DNA of 64,000 nucleotides, taken from Deinococcales bacterium (lineage in GTDB: Bacteria > Deinococcota > Deinococci > Deinococcales > JAAFIG01). Each line of letters starts with the position of its first letter. Position 1 is the stretch's first letter. The stretch is from NCBI GenBank assembly GCA_043778225.1, contig JAYWGM010000101.1:32001-96000 (forward strand). The letters are read 5' to 3'. Both the position numbers and the translations under genes were made by a program. Below the pieces are notes generated by a model. It was given only the letters and a program-made list of their open reading frames with translations. It ran no database searches and was not told where the DNA came from. This document shows positions 10,901 through 20,086 of the stretch, piece after piece.

Positions 10901-10960
10901 CACCAAACCAAAACGTCGGGAAGCCAGTTTGGAAAATTTTTGCTCGAGCAAAGCAATCAT
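7901..10960 (-). CDS. STAND/AAA ATPase-TPR protein with C-terminal winged-helix/BTAD (SARP-like) activator region
   Basis: Walker A GHAGIGKT, Walker B LHLEDIH, SGNPLFL, TPR-like helices; C-terminal KGRELLALL...LQQLIYRLR...GYAL...LWRGAWL...EPYE. Confidence 0.8.
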   Translation of the reverse strand: MIALLEQKFSKLASRRFGLVLCLVGHAGIGKTHTAQLVLKALPIKSVSLHAIANSDQFFLRLPRVGRVAGHVQTTLQRLQRNEIKLTAAAEAVAAWLVSLAPFVLHLEDIHEASLEQQIFWNSVAKAIKTTRGVGILATSRGLPPSEFEALPLEVLSSDASQALLATKLGAALPKATLDWILPRASGNPLFLLEFLKLLMRQGSVWSDGKDWHWREPTALTMPSSLEALIENMLEPIVTDTVLSGVFGLRILIADSFELWQPASQLPNQPFEAARLTLQNHGVLDSQFSIAHPLFSEVFRHTQKQLLQLAARKLLPVAPPVMAAALLEFAKLEPLHAKALLEKAIAELEQNKEVPQALSLKVQLLEFINSPERPKMAFELALVLVNHDPKAALQLLDVAIEAPLLEVPVLLKKANWLAAFGLFEDGKRTLTLLPNHLTAEQNCQKIYQEILVWFAKKDSVGFQYLTQLWENHPEIHASASFNLYRTVAEAYANLGNTKRSWYWLEVAKALPSLSFMAQAVILNSMANLLKTERQYPKAVMAIKSGIALLEPQVKIAKADINELRQFATLQANLSSCYLWTKQYQEAVVAAQKSIKLTLEYNLGESMAAELNLAAALRWLGQFELAERYFLEYLQTVRVTQAVFAPMLYAHLMMLYSQRAAALDELLAIKYAREILRITAATSDIYKEAKLKLIELEARFGHLEIAKKYAQEIQLETGFTPWQQAFILERQNSRDAAVKALSEAQNAPQFTEEKDFIELELVRMTQDRTLALDLEQRLKTQELGGLLFVLYRFMPDLEQRQKAPLQTSFRIANLGSLQFERDGLPINYKAAKGRELLALLSELRLRGQGEISQLELLDLLYLNFEESAAIAALQQLIYRLRSHLGQNVIVRTSTGYALGDEVRTDAETFLQTADSTLWRGAWLADFAGGQDSMARNRIYQALTAYIENAIIKNPDEAARLALIWLEAEPYELDAVMLARDALLASGDALGAEQLYSQAQVRFHEVGVQLSPLETRAITSR

Positions 10961-11043
10961 AATTAACTCTACACCGCAATTTTCTTTGGATGTTTTAGGC
11001 TGTGTTCAGCTTGACTTCAATTTGAAATGGCAAATTAAAAGCC

Positions 11044-12204
11044 ATGAAGAAGTTTTTTATCGGTTTTTCGGTGGCGGCAGTCTCGAGTCTGACCTTGGCA
11101 CAAGCCCCACAAGCAGCCAATGCCAAAGGATTAAAACTGACCCTAAAAACATCCGAGCCATTTATTCAAAAAGGTCAGCTAAAGCTCGAGATTATCCAAA
11201 AAAGTTTTTTACTCGAGCCAAAAGAATTATCAGCCAACAATAAAATAACTGCCAAGCTGAGCCAAAAACTCGAGTCTATTTTTAAGGGCATTAACCGCGT
11301 TGGCAAGGATGCTCGTTTTGAAAACGAAAAAGGTTCTTGGGTCGCCCGTCAGCGCAGCGCTTGGCAAGTCAACCAAGCACAAACTCGAGAAAATATCCTT
11401 AAAGCCATTGAATCGGGTGCAGCCACGGCTGAAATTAGCTTGGATGTGACCACCCCAAAACGCAATGTTCGTAATTGGGCAGAGTCTGGAATCACCACAC
11501 TGTTCGCCAAAGGTAGCTCGAGCTTCAAGGGTTCGCCAAGTTTTCGGGTCAAGAACATTATTGTCGCGGCTTCAAAACTCGATAACGATTATCTCGAGGA
11601 AAGCCAAGAACTGGATTTTAACGATTCGATTGGCGCAATCAATAAAGCCACAGGATTTGTCGAAGGGTTTGTGATTGTCGACGGCACGCTCGAAAAAGAG
11701 GATGGTGGCGGGATTTGTCAGGTCAGTACGACTTTATTTCGAGCCGCTTACAATGGTGGCTTACCGATAACCGAGCGCCATGAGCATTCGCACCGTGTTT
11801 CGTACTACGACCCAGTTGGTTTTGAAGCCACGGTTTATGCACCAAGTAAAAACCTTAAATTTAAGAACGATTCAGGTGGCACATTGCTGATTCAAGCCGA
11901 ATGGAACGAAAAAGCCCAAACGCTTGGCTTCTTCTTTTTCGGTCGCGCCCCCAACCGTCAGGTGAGTGTTTCTGCGCCAGTCATCAGCGATTTCAAAGCC
12001 GCAGCCGCGCCGAGTTTTAGTGCCGACCCCAAGATGCGGCTGGGTGCATCACGCCAAATTGACAGCCCAATGCAGGGCATGACCAGCCTGATTATCCGCA
12101 CAATTCGCAAAGATGGCAAGGTGAGTAAAGACACCCTAAAAAGTGTCTATCAACCTTGGGGTGCGGTTTATGCTGTCCATCCAAACGATCAAAGGCTGCG
12201 CTAA
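11044..12204 (+). CDS. VanW family secreted protein
   Basis: Signal peptide; GGGICQVSTTLFRAA, ERHEHS, GFEATVY, LKFKND. Confidence 0.92.
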   Translation: MKKFFIGFSVAAVSSLTLAQAPQAANAKGLKLTLKTSEPFIQKGQLKLEIIQKSFLLEPKELSANNKITAKLSQKLESIFKGINRVGKDARFENEKGSWVARQRSAWQVNQAQTRENILKAIESGAATAEISLDVTTPKRNVRNWAESGITTLFAKGSSSFKGSPSFRVKNIIVAASKLDNDYLEESQELDFNDSIGAINKATGFVEGFVIVDGTLEKEDGGGICQVSTTLFRAAYNGGLPITERHEHSHRVSYYDPVGFEATVYAPSKNLKFKNDSGGTLLIQAEWNEKAQTLGFFFFGRAPNRQVSVSAPVISDFKAAAAPSFSADPKMRLGASRQIDSPMQGMTSLIIRTIRKDGKVSKDTLKSVYQPWGAVYAVHPNDQRLR

Positions 12205-12545
12205 TAAAAACCAAATACAGGCTACCTGTGCAATAAGGTTACTCGTGACAGTTCGGACTCGAGATTTGTGGTGGTTTATCGCCAAAAGTTTAGAAGAACA
12301 AGGCGAATTTGACATTCCATGTTTGGACATCGTTTTAAGTATCTCCCCGCAATGTTTTAGGTGTTTTTCCTAAAACATTTTGCGACTAGAAGGAGTAAGG
12401 ACAGCGTATCTACCGCCGAAGTGACAGATTTGCCGTATTTTGAAAAATCTAAAACAAAGGCGGTAGATACTTAACACTCGAGCAAATCTACACAGGCATC
12501 GCATTCTAAGTTTTGTCTCATGCCTTACCAGTTAAACTTTAAGCA

Positions 12546-13955
12546 ATGACCAAGCAAATTACGATTCTGCACACCAACGATATTCACGGACGTACCGAGG
12601 GGCTGGCTCGAGTGGCAACACTGGTGGAAGAAACTCGAGAGAAAACCAATCATCCTGTGTTGTACTTTGACGCTGGTGACATCGAAGAAACCAATACACG
12701 ACTCTCGAGTTTAACCAAGGGCGTGGCAATGCACCGTTTACTCAGTGCAGCAGGTTGTAATGCTGCTGCCGTTGGCAATGGCGGGCTACTGCGCTACTCC
12801 CAAAGTATTCTCGAGCAGTACGCCAAAACCGCGAGTTACCCGCTTTTTCTTGCTAATCTGGTCATGGCAGATGGCTCGAGTATTGCGGGTGTGCAGCCAA
12901 GTGGAATACTCGAGGTGAACGGTGTCAAGCTCGGGATTATTGGACTAACCGACCCGTTTGACGCATACACAAGTTTTTTTGGACTGACTGAACTCGAGAT
13001 TATTCCGCTCGCCAGGAAACTATCCGATGAATTGCGTTCTCAAGGTGCAGATTTAATTATTGTCCTTTCGCATTTGGGTTGGCAACATGGCGAACCTCAT
13101 GCCGAGAGATTCAATGACCAGCAACTTGCAAACGCTTTACAAAACGAAATTGATTTGATTATCGGCGCTCATACACATCATCTACTCGAGAACGGGCAAC
13201 GCATCGGGCGGGTTTGGGTGGCGCAAACAGGCAATTATGCTGAGCATCTGGGACGAATCGAACTCGAGCAAACAAACATGGGTTGGGAAGTCAAATCTTG
13301 CAGCACCCAAGCGATTCTCGAGAGTGTAAAACCTGCTGCTATCATTCTCGAGGAAATCGCAAAAATCGAAGCCGAACTCGAGACTTGGTTAGCCGAACCG
13401 CTCTGCACCCTCGAGTCTGATTTAACCCACGCTCCAAGTGCCGAATGTGCCGCAGGGAATTTACTCGCCGATGCCCTGCGCGATTACTGGAATGCCGACA
13501 TTGGCGTTTGCCTTGGCTTAATCGGCTTTAGCAGCCAAATAAAAGCAGGTATTGTGACTCGAGGCGATGTTTTTGAACGTGTGACCAGTGCCGCTAACCC
13601 GGGAATCACGACCATGTTTGGCTGGCAAATCCTCGAGATGCTTTCCCTTGGTTTGGACACTGAAGAAGCCGCCGAGAAACCCAAGCATCACCGAGGAGCA
13701 ATGCGCGGAATGCTGCACCTCTCGAACATGAAACGCAAGAATGAACAATGGTTTGTTGGCAATACAGCTCTGAGTTTTGATCAAATGTACACCGTTGCCA
13801 GCAGTGATGCAGAAGTTAATTTCAGCACAAGTTTAGTCCCAAAAGATTGGAAACTCGAGGTTCAGTATCATAGCGACATCATTATGCGTGAAGTTCTCGA
13901 GAAATACATGGTCAAGCACAAGCAAATTCAACCTCGAATTAGTCAGGTTGCTTGA
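12546..13955 (+). CDS. Bifunctional metallophosphatase/5'-nucleotidase
   Basis: ILHTNDIHG, DAGD, LSHLG, GAHTH, C-terminal nucleotidase domain; the canonical GNHE reads GNGG here. Confidence 0.88.
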   Translation: MTKQITILHTNDIHGRTEGLARVATLVEETREKTNHPVLYFDAGDIEETNTRLSSLTKGVAMHRLLSAAGCNAAAVGNGGLLRYSQSILEQYAKTASYPLFLANLVMADGSSIAGVQPSGILEVNGVKLGIIGLTDPFDAYTSFFGLTELEIIPLARKLSDELRSQGADLIIVLSHLGWQHGEPHAERFNDQQLANALQNEIDLIIGAHTHHLLENGQRIGRVWVAQTGNYAEHLGRIELEQTNMGWEVKSCSTQAILESVKPAAIILEEIAKIEAELETWLAEPLCTLESDLTHAPSAECAAGNLLADALRDYWNADIGVCLGLIGFSSQIKAGIVTRGDVFERVTSAANPGITTMFGWQILEMLSLGLDTEEAAEKPKHHRGAMRGMLHLSNMKRKNEQWFVGNTALSFDQMYTVASSDAEVNFSTSLVPKDWKLEVQYHSDIIMREVLEKYMVKHKQIQPRISQVA

Positions 13956-14044
13956 ATAATGTTTGTTCAACTTTTCGGAAAAGATTATATTTGGTTTCCG
14001 ACCACCACTTGCTTTAGCCTTGACCGATTTTGCGCTTTCCTAAG

Positions 14045-14668
14045 TCAAAACAAAGTCGTTTGTGGAATCTCGAGTTGGCTGTCGGTTTTGTCTGGCAGCG
14101 CCTCGAGTGCAGCCTTAACCGCCTTAATATCCTGCCAAGTCAGCCATTTGGGTCCACCAACGGTTCGCACCGCATTGCGTAATAAATAAGCTGGGTGAAA
14201 CATCGGCAGTAAAGGTATCGGGGTACTGAGTTTTTTGAATTCTGTCCACTGTCCACGGGTTTTGGTAATGCCTTGGCTAGTCTCAAGCGCCCATTGGGTT
14301 GGTACATTGCCGAGGGTCACTAAAATTTGTGGGCGTATTAACTTAATTTGCTCGAGTAGCCAATGGTCGCAACTGGCAATTTCTTCGGGTTCTGGGTTGC
14401 GGTTTTGTGGTGGGCGGCACTTGACCACGTTGGCGATGTAAATATCGGCTCGGTTCATGCCAACCGCCCCGAGAATTTGCTCGAGCAGTTGCCCAGCTTG
14501 TCCAACAAATGGTTTGCCGGTACGGTCTTCTTCTTGCCCAGGTCCTTCGCCAATCATCATCAGACGGGCATCGGGGTCTCCCTGCCCAAAAACCACATTT
14601 TGGCGGGTGCTGGCAAGTTTACAAGTGGTGCAAGTGCTGCACATTTGCCCAAGTTGCTCGAGGTTCAT
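14045..14668 (-). CDS. Uracil-DNA glycosylase, family 4
   Basis: CxxCxL Fe-S motif, GEGPG, PFVGQAG, NVVKCRPP, FHPAYLLR; ATGA overlap with the upstream gene. Confidence 0.94.
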   Translation of the reverse strand: MNLEQLGQMCSTCTTCKLASTRQNVVFGQGDPDARLMMIGEGPGQEEDRTGKPFVGQAGQLLEQILGAVGMNRADIYIANVVKCRPPQNRNPEPEEIASCDHWLLEQIKLIRPQILVTLGNVPTQWALETSQGITKTRGQWTEFKKLSTPIPLLPMFHPAYLLRNAVRTVGGPKWLTWQDIKAVKAALEALPDKTDSQLEIPQTTLF

Positions 14669-15393
14669 TGGCTGACCTGCACAATTTCGATGTTCCAAAG
14701 TCCGATTTTTTTTGCGGCTCGGATGGCTTTTTTGCCTTGCCCAGCCCGAATTGCGCCCATAAAGTCTGGATTTTGAGAAAGTGCTGTTAAAACCCAAAAA
14801 TCGCCCCAAACCTCGAGACCCCAAGCACTTTTCATGCTGCGGCTGGCAACTTCCCAGATATTTTGTCCCATGTCCTCGAGTGCCGCAATATAGTGCGTTT
14901 GCCCATCGGTGGCTGGGTTGGCTTTGACTTGGCGGCGGTAAGCAGCTTGTTCTTGGCGGTTCATTTGCTCGAGTGTGCCAACTTTACAGTAATGGTTGCT
15001 GAGGGCGCTAAAGGTATCGCGGCAACGGGCTGGGCGGGCTTCGTAGGCGGTACACGCCCCGGTGCTTTGGTCTAAAAGTGGGCAATAGCCGATTTTCTCG
15101 CGGTGCTGCTGAAAATACTGATTCCAACTGGTGGCGCGGTTGGCATTTTGAATGATTTCTTTGGCGCGTATATCCATGCTTTTTTGTTGCTCGAGCGAGA
15201 GTTTTTGGGCGGTCAAGAGGGCTTCGGGCAGGCTGACACGAATTGGAAAATTACAGCAATTCATACAGCCAGCGTGGCAATGAACTTTGCCGCCTTGACG
15301 GGTAAAGTCTGTCATCCATGTGCTGGCTTGCTGTCCATACAAGGCATAGGCTCGAGCCACCGCATTGATGATTGGCTGGTCTGGATTGGGCAT
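14665..15393 (-). CDS. YkgJ family cysteine-cluster protein
   Basis: CHAGCMNCC and CPLL..GACTAYEARPARCR. Confidence 0.88.
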   Translation of the reverse strand: MPNPDQPIINAVARAYALYGQQASTWMTDFTRQGGKVHCHAGCMNCCNFPIRVSLPEALLTAQKLSLEQQKSMDIRAKEIIQNANRATSWNQYFQQHREKIGYCPLLDQSTGACTAYEARPARCRDTFSALSNHYCKVGTLEQMNRQEQAAYRRQVKANPATDGQTHYIAALEDMGQNIWEVASRSMKSAWGLEVWGDFWVLTALSQNPDFMGAIRAGQGKKAIRAAKKIGLWNIEIVQVSQ

Positions 15394-15524
15394 TGCCTAG
15401 TTTATCAGAGCCAGTCTTCATAGCCCAAGCCCAGCAGTTTTATTCCTCATTACGATGCCCAGCACGTGGTACTCATTTTTGCAGTTGTGATAGACAATGC
15501 CAAGGTGTGCTACACTGCGCCACA

Positions 15525-15839
15525 ATGACTGGTCTGAGCAAATTAAAAACCATTCGTCCATTGCGGACTTTTGTACCACAGTTGCTTTTAACCTTGGTTT
15601 TAGCGGCTGGCTTGGTGCAATTGACCATCTGGACAGGTGCAACTTTGTATCGTCATTTGGATGCTGCCCAAGCCTCAAACCTAGAACTGCAAAAAATCAG
15701 TGCCTTAAAACTCGAGCTTAAATTGCTGACCGAGCGTGCTAAACAAGCCCGTGAGGATAAACTCTACCTCGAGCGCTTGGCGCGTAAACAGGGTTTTGTG
15801 CGGCGTGGCGAAACCGTGATTGTGCCTCGGGTCAAATGA
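15525..15839 (+). CDS. Septum formation initiator (FtsB/DivIC-like)
   Basis: Single TM segment, coiled coil, YLERLARKQGFVRRGE. Confidence 0.8.
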   Translation: MTGLSKLKTIRPLRTFVPQLLLTLVLAAGLVQLTIWTGATLYRHLDAAQASNLELQKISALKLELKLLTERAKQAREDKLYLERLARKQGFVRRGETVIVPRVK

Positions 15840-16051
15840 ACCAAGTCGGGGTGCTTGCATTGCTCGAGGTGGTCTCGGGTCTTGAAGTCAGTGTTGGGCA
15901 AATCTGCGGCGGGCGGGTGGCAGCTGTCTGGTTAGGCGATTGCCTCGAGCTTGTGTCGTGTACCCTCGAGCCATTTGAATTATCCGATGCGGTTTTGTGT
16001 CGGACTCGAGCCTTGCAGTTTGTGGCTGAGATTCAAGCAATTCTTGATTAA
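15836..16051 (+). CDS. Hypothetical small protein
   Basis: ATGA overlap with the FtsB-like gene; no family recognised. Confidence 0.4.
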   Translation: MNQVGVLALLEVVSGLEVSVGQICGGRVAAVWLGDCLELVSCTLEPFELSDAVLCRTRALQFVAEIQAILD

Positions 16052-16174
16052 ACGGGCGTTTGTGTCTGGACAACTTGTGATAAATAGTGCAAGCTATTGG
16101 CACTGAGGGCGGATGCCTTCTGCCAAGGCGTTAAACTCTTGGTTAAGCGCCACTCGAGGCTTTAAGGATAAATT

Positions 16175-18391
16175 ATGTTCAAGAAAATAGCTGATTTGGT
16201 TGCCACTCGCCCTGTTTGGATACTTGGATTCTGGGCAATTGTGCTGCTGCTTTGTATCTTGCCAGCTTCCTTGACGGGTAAAAATCTGGTTGGCAATGCC
16301 AGTGCTTTACCGGGCAGCGAAGCCGAACGGGTCAATCAAATTATCGAAAATGAATTTAAGCTCGAGCGCGTAGATACGACACTGGTTGTGACCGAAAGCA
16401 CTCCACAAGCCGATAACGCAGCTTTCCTCGAGCAGTACAAGTTGCTGGTGACTAAGCTCGAGGCAATCGAAGGCGTAAACAGCGTCACGCGCTTTGATGC
16501 CGACAGCCCCTTAAAACTGACGGGCGAAGTTGGTGGCAAACTGATTCGTGCCACAATTCTCAGCACCCGTCTGACCGAACCCAACCCAGTTCTCGAGGCG
16601 ATTCGCAAAACTGCACTTGAAGCCAACCTGCCAGAAACCAAGGTTTTTGTAACGGGTGCAAGTGCAATCACCAAAGATTTTCTTGAGAAATCCGAAGAGG
16701 ACACCAAGAACAGCGAATTGGCAGCCTTACCTTTAATTGCACTGGTTTTGGTTTTTGCCTTTGGCGCACTGGTGGCGGCGGGTATTCCAATTTTGGTCGG
16801 CGTGGTTTCGATTACCATCACCATGGCGGCTGTTTACGGTATCACCCAGTTTATTGAAGTCTCGAGTTTTGCCCAAGCAGTTGTTACCATGCTCGGCTTG
16901 GGGGCTGGGATAGATTACGCGCTTTTGATGGTCAATCGTTTCCGCGAAGAATTAGCCCACGGACACGCCCCGCGAGTTGCCGCCGCCAACACCACCCGCA
17001 CCGCCGGACGAGCCGTTGGCTTTAGCGGTTTAACGGTGGCGATTGCCATGGCTGCCCTTTTAATTCCCAACCTGACTTTTGTTCGCAGCATGGGAATAGC
17101 GGGTGTACTGGTGGTTTTAATGACGGTGCTGGTCAGCACCACGGCTGTACCAGCCTTGCTGGCTTTAATTGGCGACCGCGTCAACAGTCCACGCAAACTA
17201 CAATTTAAGCTGACCTCGAGCGGTAAGGGCAGTTTTTTCTGGGCAAATGTCGCCGAAAAGGTCATGCAGCGACCAATTCCTTGGGTGATGGGCGTGGTCG
17301 CGTTTCTGCTTTTGGTTGCCAGTCCAGCCCTGAATATGCAGCTTGGTTATACGGGTGCATTTGGGCTCTCTTCGAGCGTTGAATCACGGCGTGGTTTAGA
17401 ACTGATTCGCCCACTTGAACTCGGTGGCAGTTTAGACCAATTTGAAATCATTCTCGAGACCGATAATTTCCGTGAAGCCCGCAATAAATGGCGTGCTTTG
17501 GATGCCGACATTGCCAAATGGGATGAAGTTCGCTTGGTGATTTCACCGTTCCTGACTTCTCGAGCCGATTTTTCGACCGATACTGGTGGCAATAGCTTAG
17601 CCGCCCTGACCAACCTGACCGAGCGCAGCATCTCCAAAGACCGCAAATACTTACGCCTTTCGGTGATTCCAAAAGATGCGGTTCGTCCTACCGAAATTCC
17701 AGCTTGGCTCGAGAAACTACGCATCGCTGGCAAAAATGCTGGTTTTGACAAAGTGCTGTTGGGTGGCGCTCCAGTTGGCAGCCAAGAATTTACCAATGCG
17801 CTGGTCAGCGCCATGCCAATTGCGATTATTGCGGTTTTTATCGCCACCTTTATCCTTTTAGCCATCGCGTTTAGAAGCATTGTGATTCCGATTAAAAGCA
17901 TCATCATGAATACCCTGACTGTGGCTGCCAGCTATGGCGTGATTACCTTGGTTTTCCAAAATGGTTTCTTGGCGGATTTTTTCAAGATTCCGACCGACAT
18001 TGGCGCAATAGACTCGAGCCTGCCGTTGGTGATGTTTGCCGTTACTTTTGGGCTGAGCATGGACTACGAAATTTTTCTGCTCTCGAGGGTTCAAGAGGCA
18101 CACTTGGCTGGCATGAACACCCACGATGCGGTCAAAAGTGCGGTGCAAAGTACGGCTGGCGTGATTACCAGTGCGGCACTGATTATGCTGATTGTCTTTG
18201 GTGCGTTTGTCTCTGGCGAGGTGGTTGCCAATAAAACGATTGGGCTTGGCTTGGCGGTGGCGGTCTTTTTAGATGCGACGCTGGTGCGCTTGGTGCTTGT
18301 TCCCGCCGTGATGATGCTGGCTGGCGAATGGAACTGGTGGCTGCCTAAGCGCCTTGCTAAGGTCATGCCCAAGCTCAGTCTCGAGCATTAA
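16175..18391 (+). CDS. MMPL family (RND) transporter
   Basis: GLGAGIDYALLMVNRFREEL and FGLSMDYEIFLLSRVQE; two TM repeats. Confidence 0.95.
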   Translation: MFKKIADLVATRPVWILGFWAIVLLLCILPASLTGKNLVGNASALPGSEAERVNQIIENEFKLERVDTTLVVTESTPQADNAAFLEQYKLLVTKLEAIEGVNSVTRFDADSPLKLTGEVGGKLIRATILSTRLTEPNPVLEAIRKTALEANLPETKVFVTGASAITKDFLEKSEEDTKNSELAALPLIALVLVFAFGALVAAGIPILVGVVSITITMAAVYGITQFIEVSSFAQAVVTMLGLGAGIDYALLMVNRFREELAHGHAPRVAAANTTRTAGRAVGFSGLTVAIAMAALLIPNLTFVRSMGIAGVLVVLMTVLVSTTAVPALLALIGDRVNSPRKLQFKLTSSGKGSFFWANVAEKVMQRPIPWVMGVVAFLLLVASPALNMQLGYTGAFGLSSSVESRRGLELIRPLELGGSLDQFEIILETDNFREARNKWRALDADIAKWDEVRLVISPFLTSRADFSTDTGGNSLAALTNLTERSISKDRKYLRLSVIPKDAVRPTEIPAWLEKLRIAGKNAGFDKVLLGGAPVGSQEFTNALVSAMPIAIIAVFIATFILLAIAFRSIVIPIKSIIMNTLTVAASYGVITLVFQNGFLADFFKIPTDIGAIDSSLPLVMFAVTFGLSMDYEIFLLSRVQEAHLAGMNTHDAVKSAVQSTAGVITSAALIMLIVFGAFVSGEVVANKTIGLGLAVAVFLDATLVRLVLVPAVMMLAGEWNWWLPKRLAKVMPKLSLEH

Positions 18392-18446
18392 AAACTGTAG
18401 GCAACACCCCTTGTTATACCTGATTGGTTTTCATAATATATGAAGC

Positions 18447-18532
18447 GGTCAACGGGAGTGCCGTCCTTAGAACACGGCTGAGAAATATCCCCTGAACCTG
18501 ACGCGGTTAATACCGCCGTAGGGAGCGTGACC
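18447..18532 (+). ncRNA. TPP riboswitch
   Basis: GGGAGTGCC...GGCTGAGAAATATCCCCTGAACCTGA...GTTAATACC..CGTAGGGA, upstream of a thiamine-binding protein gene. Confidence 0.93.
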
Positions 18533-18591
18533 AGACACCCGAGGAGACTCGAGGTCTGACGCTTCCTCTTTCGCTCGAAAGGGGATTTTTT

Positions 18592-19614
18592 ATGCAAAAA
18601 GCAGTTTGTTTTGGTGTCGTAGCGCTCTTGGCTGGTTTCTCGAGCGCCCAACAAAGAACCGTAACGGTTATCACTCACGATTCATTTAATCTTTCTAAAG
18701 AAGTTGTGCAAGCCTTTGAACAAAGAGAAAAGATCAAAATTGCTTTTATCAAAGGTGGCGATGCTGGCGCAATGACCAACCGTTTAGTTTTAACCAAAGA
18801 AAGCCCGATTGCCGATGTGGTCTACGGGATTGATAACACTTTATTGGCTCGAGCCTTAAAGGCAGACATCCTCGAGGTTTACCGCCCTCAAGCGGCTGCT
18901 TTGCTCGAGAAAAACACGCTGCTGGATTCAAAATGGCGCATCAGCCCAGTGGATTATGGTTATGTTGCGCTGAATTATGATTTGGCGTGGTTTGAAAAAA
19001 ATAAACTGGCATTGCCAAAAACCCTTGAGGATTTGACCAAACCCGCCTATAAAGGGCTGCTGGTGCTGCAAAACCCTGCCACCTCGAGTCCGGGCTTGGC
19101 GTTTTTATTAGGCACAATCAAGCACTTTGGCGAACAGGGCGCATTTAATTTTTGGGCAGCCCTACAAAAAAACGACCTCAAAGTCACCTCGGGCTGGGAA
19201 GTCGCGTACTACACCGATTTTAGCCGCAATGGTGGCTCGAGACCAATCGTGGTTTCGTATGCCTCGAGTCCAGCCGCCGAAGTTTTTTATGGCGACGGAA
19301 AAACCGCCACCACGGCTAATTTACTGCTGCTCGGCTCAAGCTTTTTGCAAATTGAAGGGGTAGCGATGCTGAAAGGCGCTAAAAACCCCGACCTTGCCAA
19401 AAAATTTATAGACTTTATGCTCGAGCCAGCCACCCAAACCGATATTCCAAGCCAGATGTGGGTGTATCCAAGTCGGCGCGGTATTACCCTGCCAGAGGTC
19501 TTTCAGTTTGCCCAAAAACCGCTACAAATCTCGAGCCTATCGCCAAGTACGATTGCCGCCAACGAAAAACGCTGGGTGCAGCGCTGGACAGAAGTTGTGC
19601 TGCAAAAGCGCTAA
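18592..19614 (+). CDS. thiB: Thiamine ABC transporter substrate-binding protein
   Basis: THDSF, ADVVYGIDN, NPATSSPGLAFL, VVSYASSPAAE; TPP riboswitch upstream. Confidence 0.92.
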   Translation: MQKAVCFGVVALLAGFSSAQQRTVTVITHDSFNLSKEVVQAFEQREKIKIAFIKGGDAGAMTNRLVLTKESPIADVVYGIDNTLLARALKADILEVYRPQAAALLEKNTLLDSKWRISPVDYGYVALNYDLAWFEKNKLALPKTLEDLTKPAYKGLLVLQNPATSSPGLAFLLGTIKHFGEQGAFNFWAALQKNDLKVTSGWEVAYYTDFSRNGGSRPIVVSYASSPAAEVFYGDGKTATTANLLLLGSSFLQIEGVAMLKGAKNPDLAKKFIDFMLEPATQTDIPSQMWVYPSRRGITLPEVFQFAQKPLQISSLSPSTIAANEKRWVQRWTEVVLQKR

Positions 19615-19632
19615 GTTTGCTATGCTGCCCTT

Positions 19633-20085
19633 ATGACTACCCTGGCTGAGATTCGCCAAGCCACCCTTGCCGACCTCGAGATTCTTGTGCCGCTTTTTGA
19701 TGCTTACCGCCAATTCTATAAACAAACCCCAGATTTGGCGGGCGCTCGAGCTTACTTACAAGCCCGTCTTGAGCGCCAAGAAGCCACTGTTTTTCTTGCC
19801 CAAAAGGATGGGCTAGTTTTGGCATTTGCGCTTTTATACGACACCTTCTCGAGTGTTCCGATGCAGCACTTGACAATTCTTAACGACCTCTACACCGTCC
19901 CCGAAGCTCGAGGTATGGGCTTGGCTTCGGCTTTAGTCGAGGCGGCTCGAGTTTATGCCCAGAGCCAAAAATCGGTTTTTTTGCGCTTGCGAACGGCTCA
20001 GGATAATTTTATTGCTCAAAGTCTCTACGAGCGGCTTGGCTTTGTCAAAGACGAAGTGTATCTGACTTATAACCTAAAGCCGTAA
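19633..20085 (+). CDS. GNAT family N-acetyltransferase
   Basis: LFDAYRQFY, LNDLYT..ARGMG, AQSLYERLGF. Confidence 0.9.
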   Translation: MTTLAEIRQATLADLEILVPLFDAYRQFYKQTPDLAGARAYLQARLERQEATVFLAQKDGLVLAFALLYDTFSSVPMQHLTILNDLYTVPEARGMGLASALVEAARVYAQSQKSVFLRLRTAQDNFIAQSLYERLGFVKDEVYLTYNLKP

Positions 20086-20086
20086 A

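Noticed and set aside
11044..12204. VanW as evidence of vancomycin resistance
   Set aside because: No vanHAX/vanRS genes; VanW-domain proteins are widespread outside resistance clusters.
16075..16174. Possible riboswitch in the MMPL leader (also the sodA leader, 23495-23570)
   Set aside because: Hairpins can be drawn, but no known aptamer consensus is recognisable; an Rfam search would be needed.
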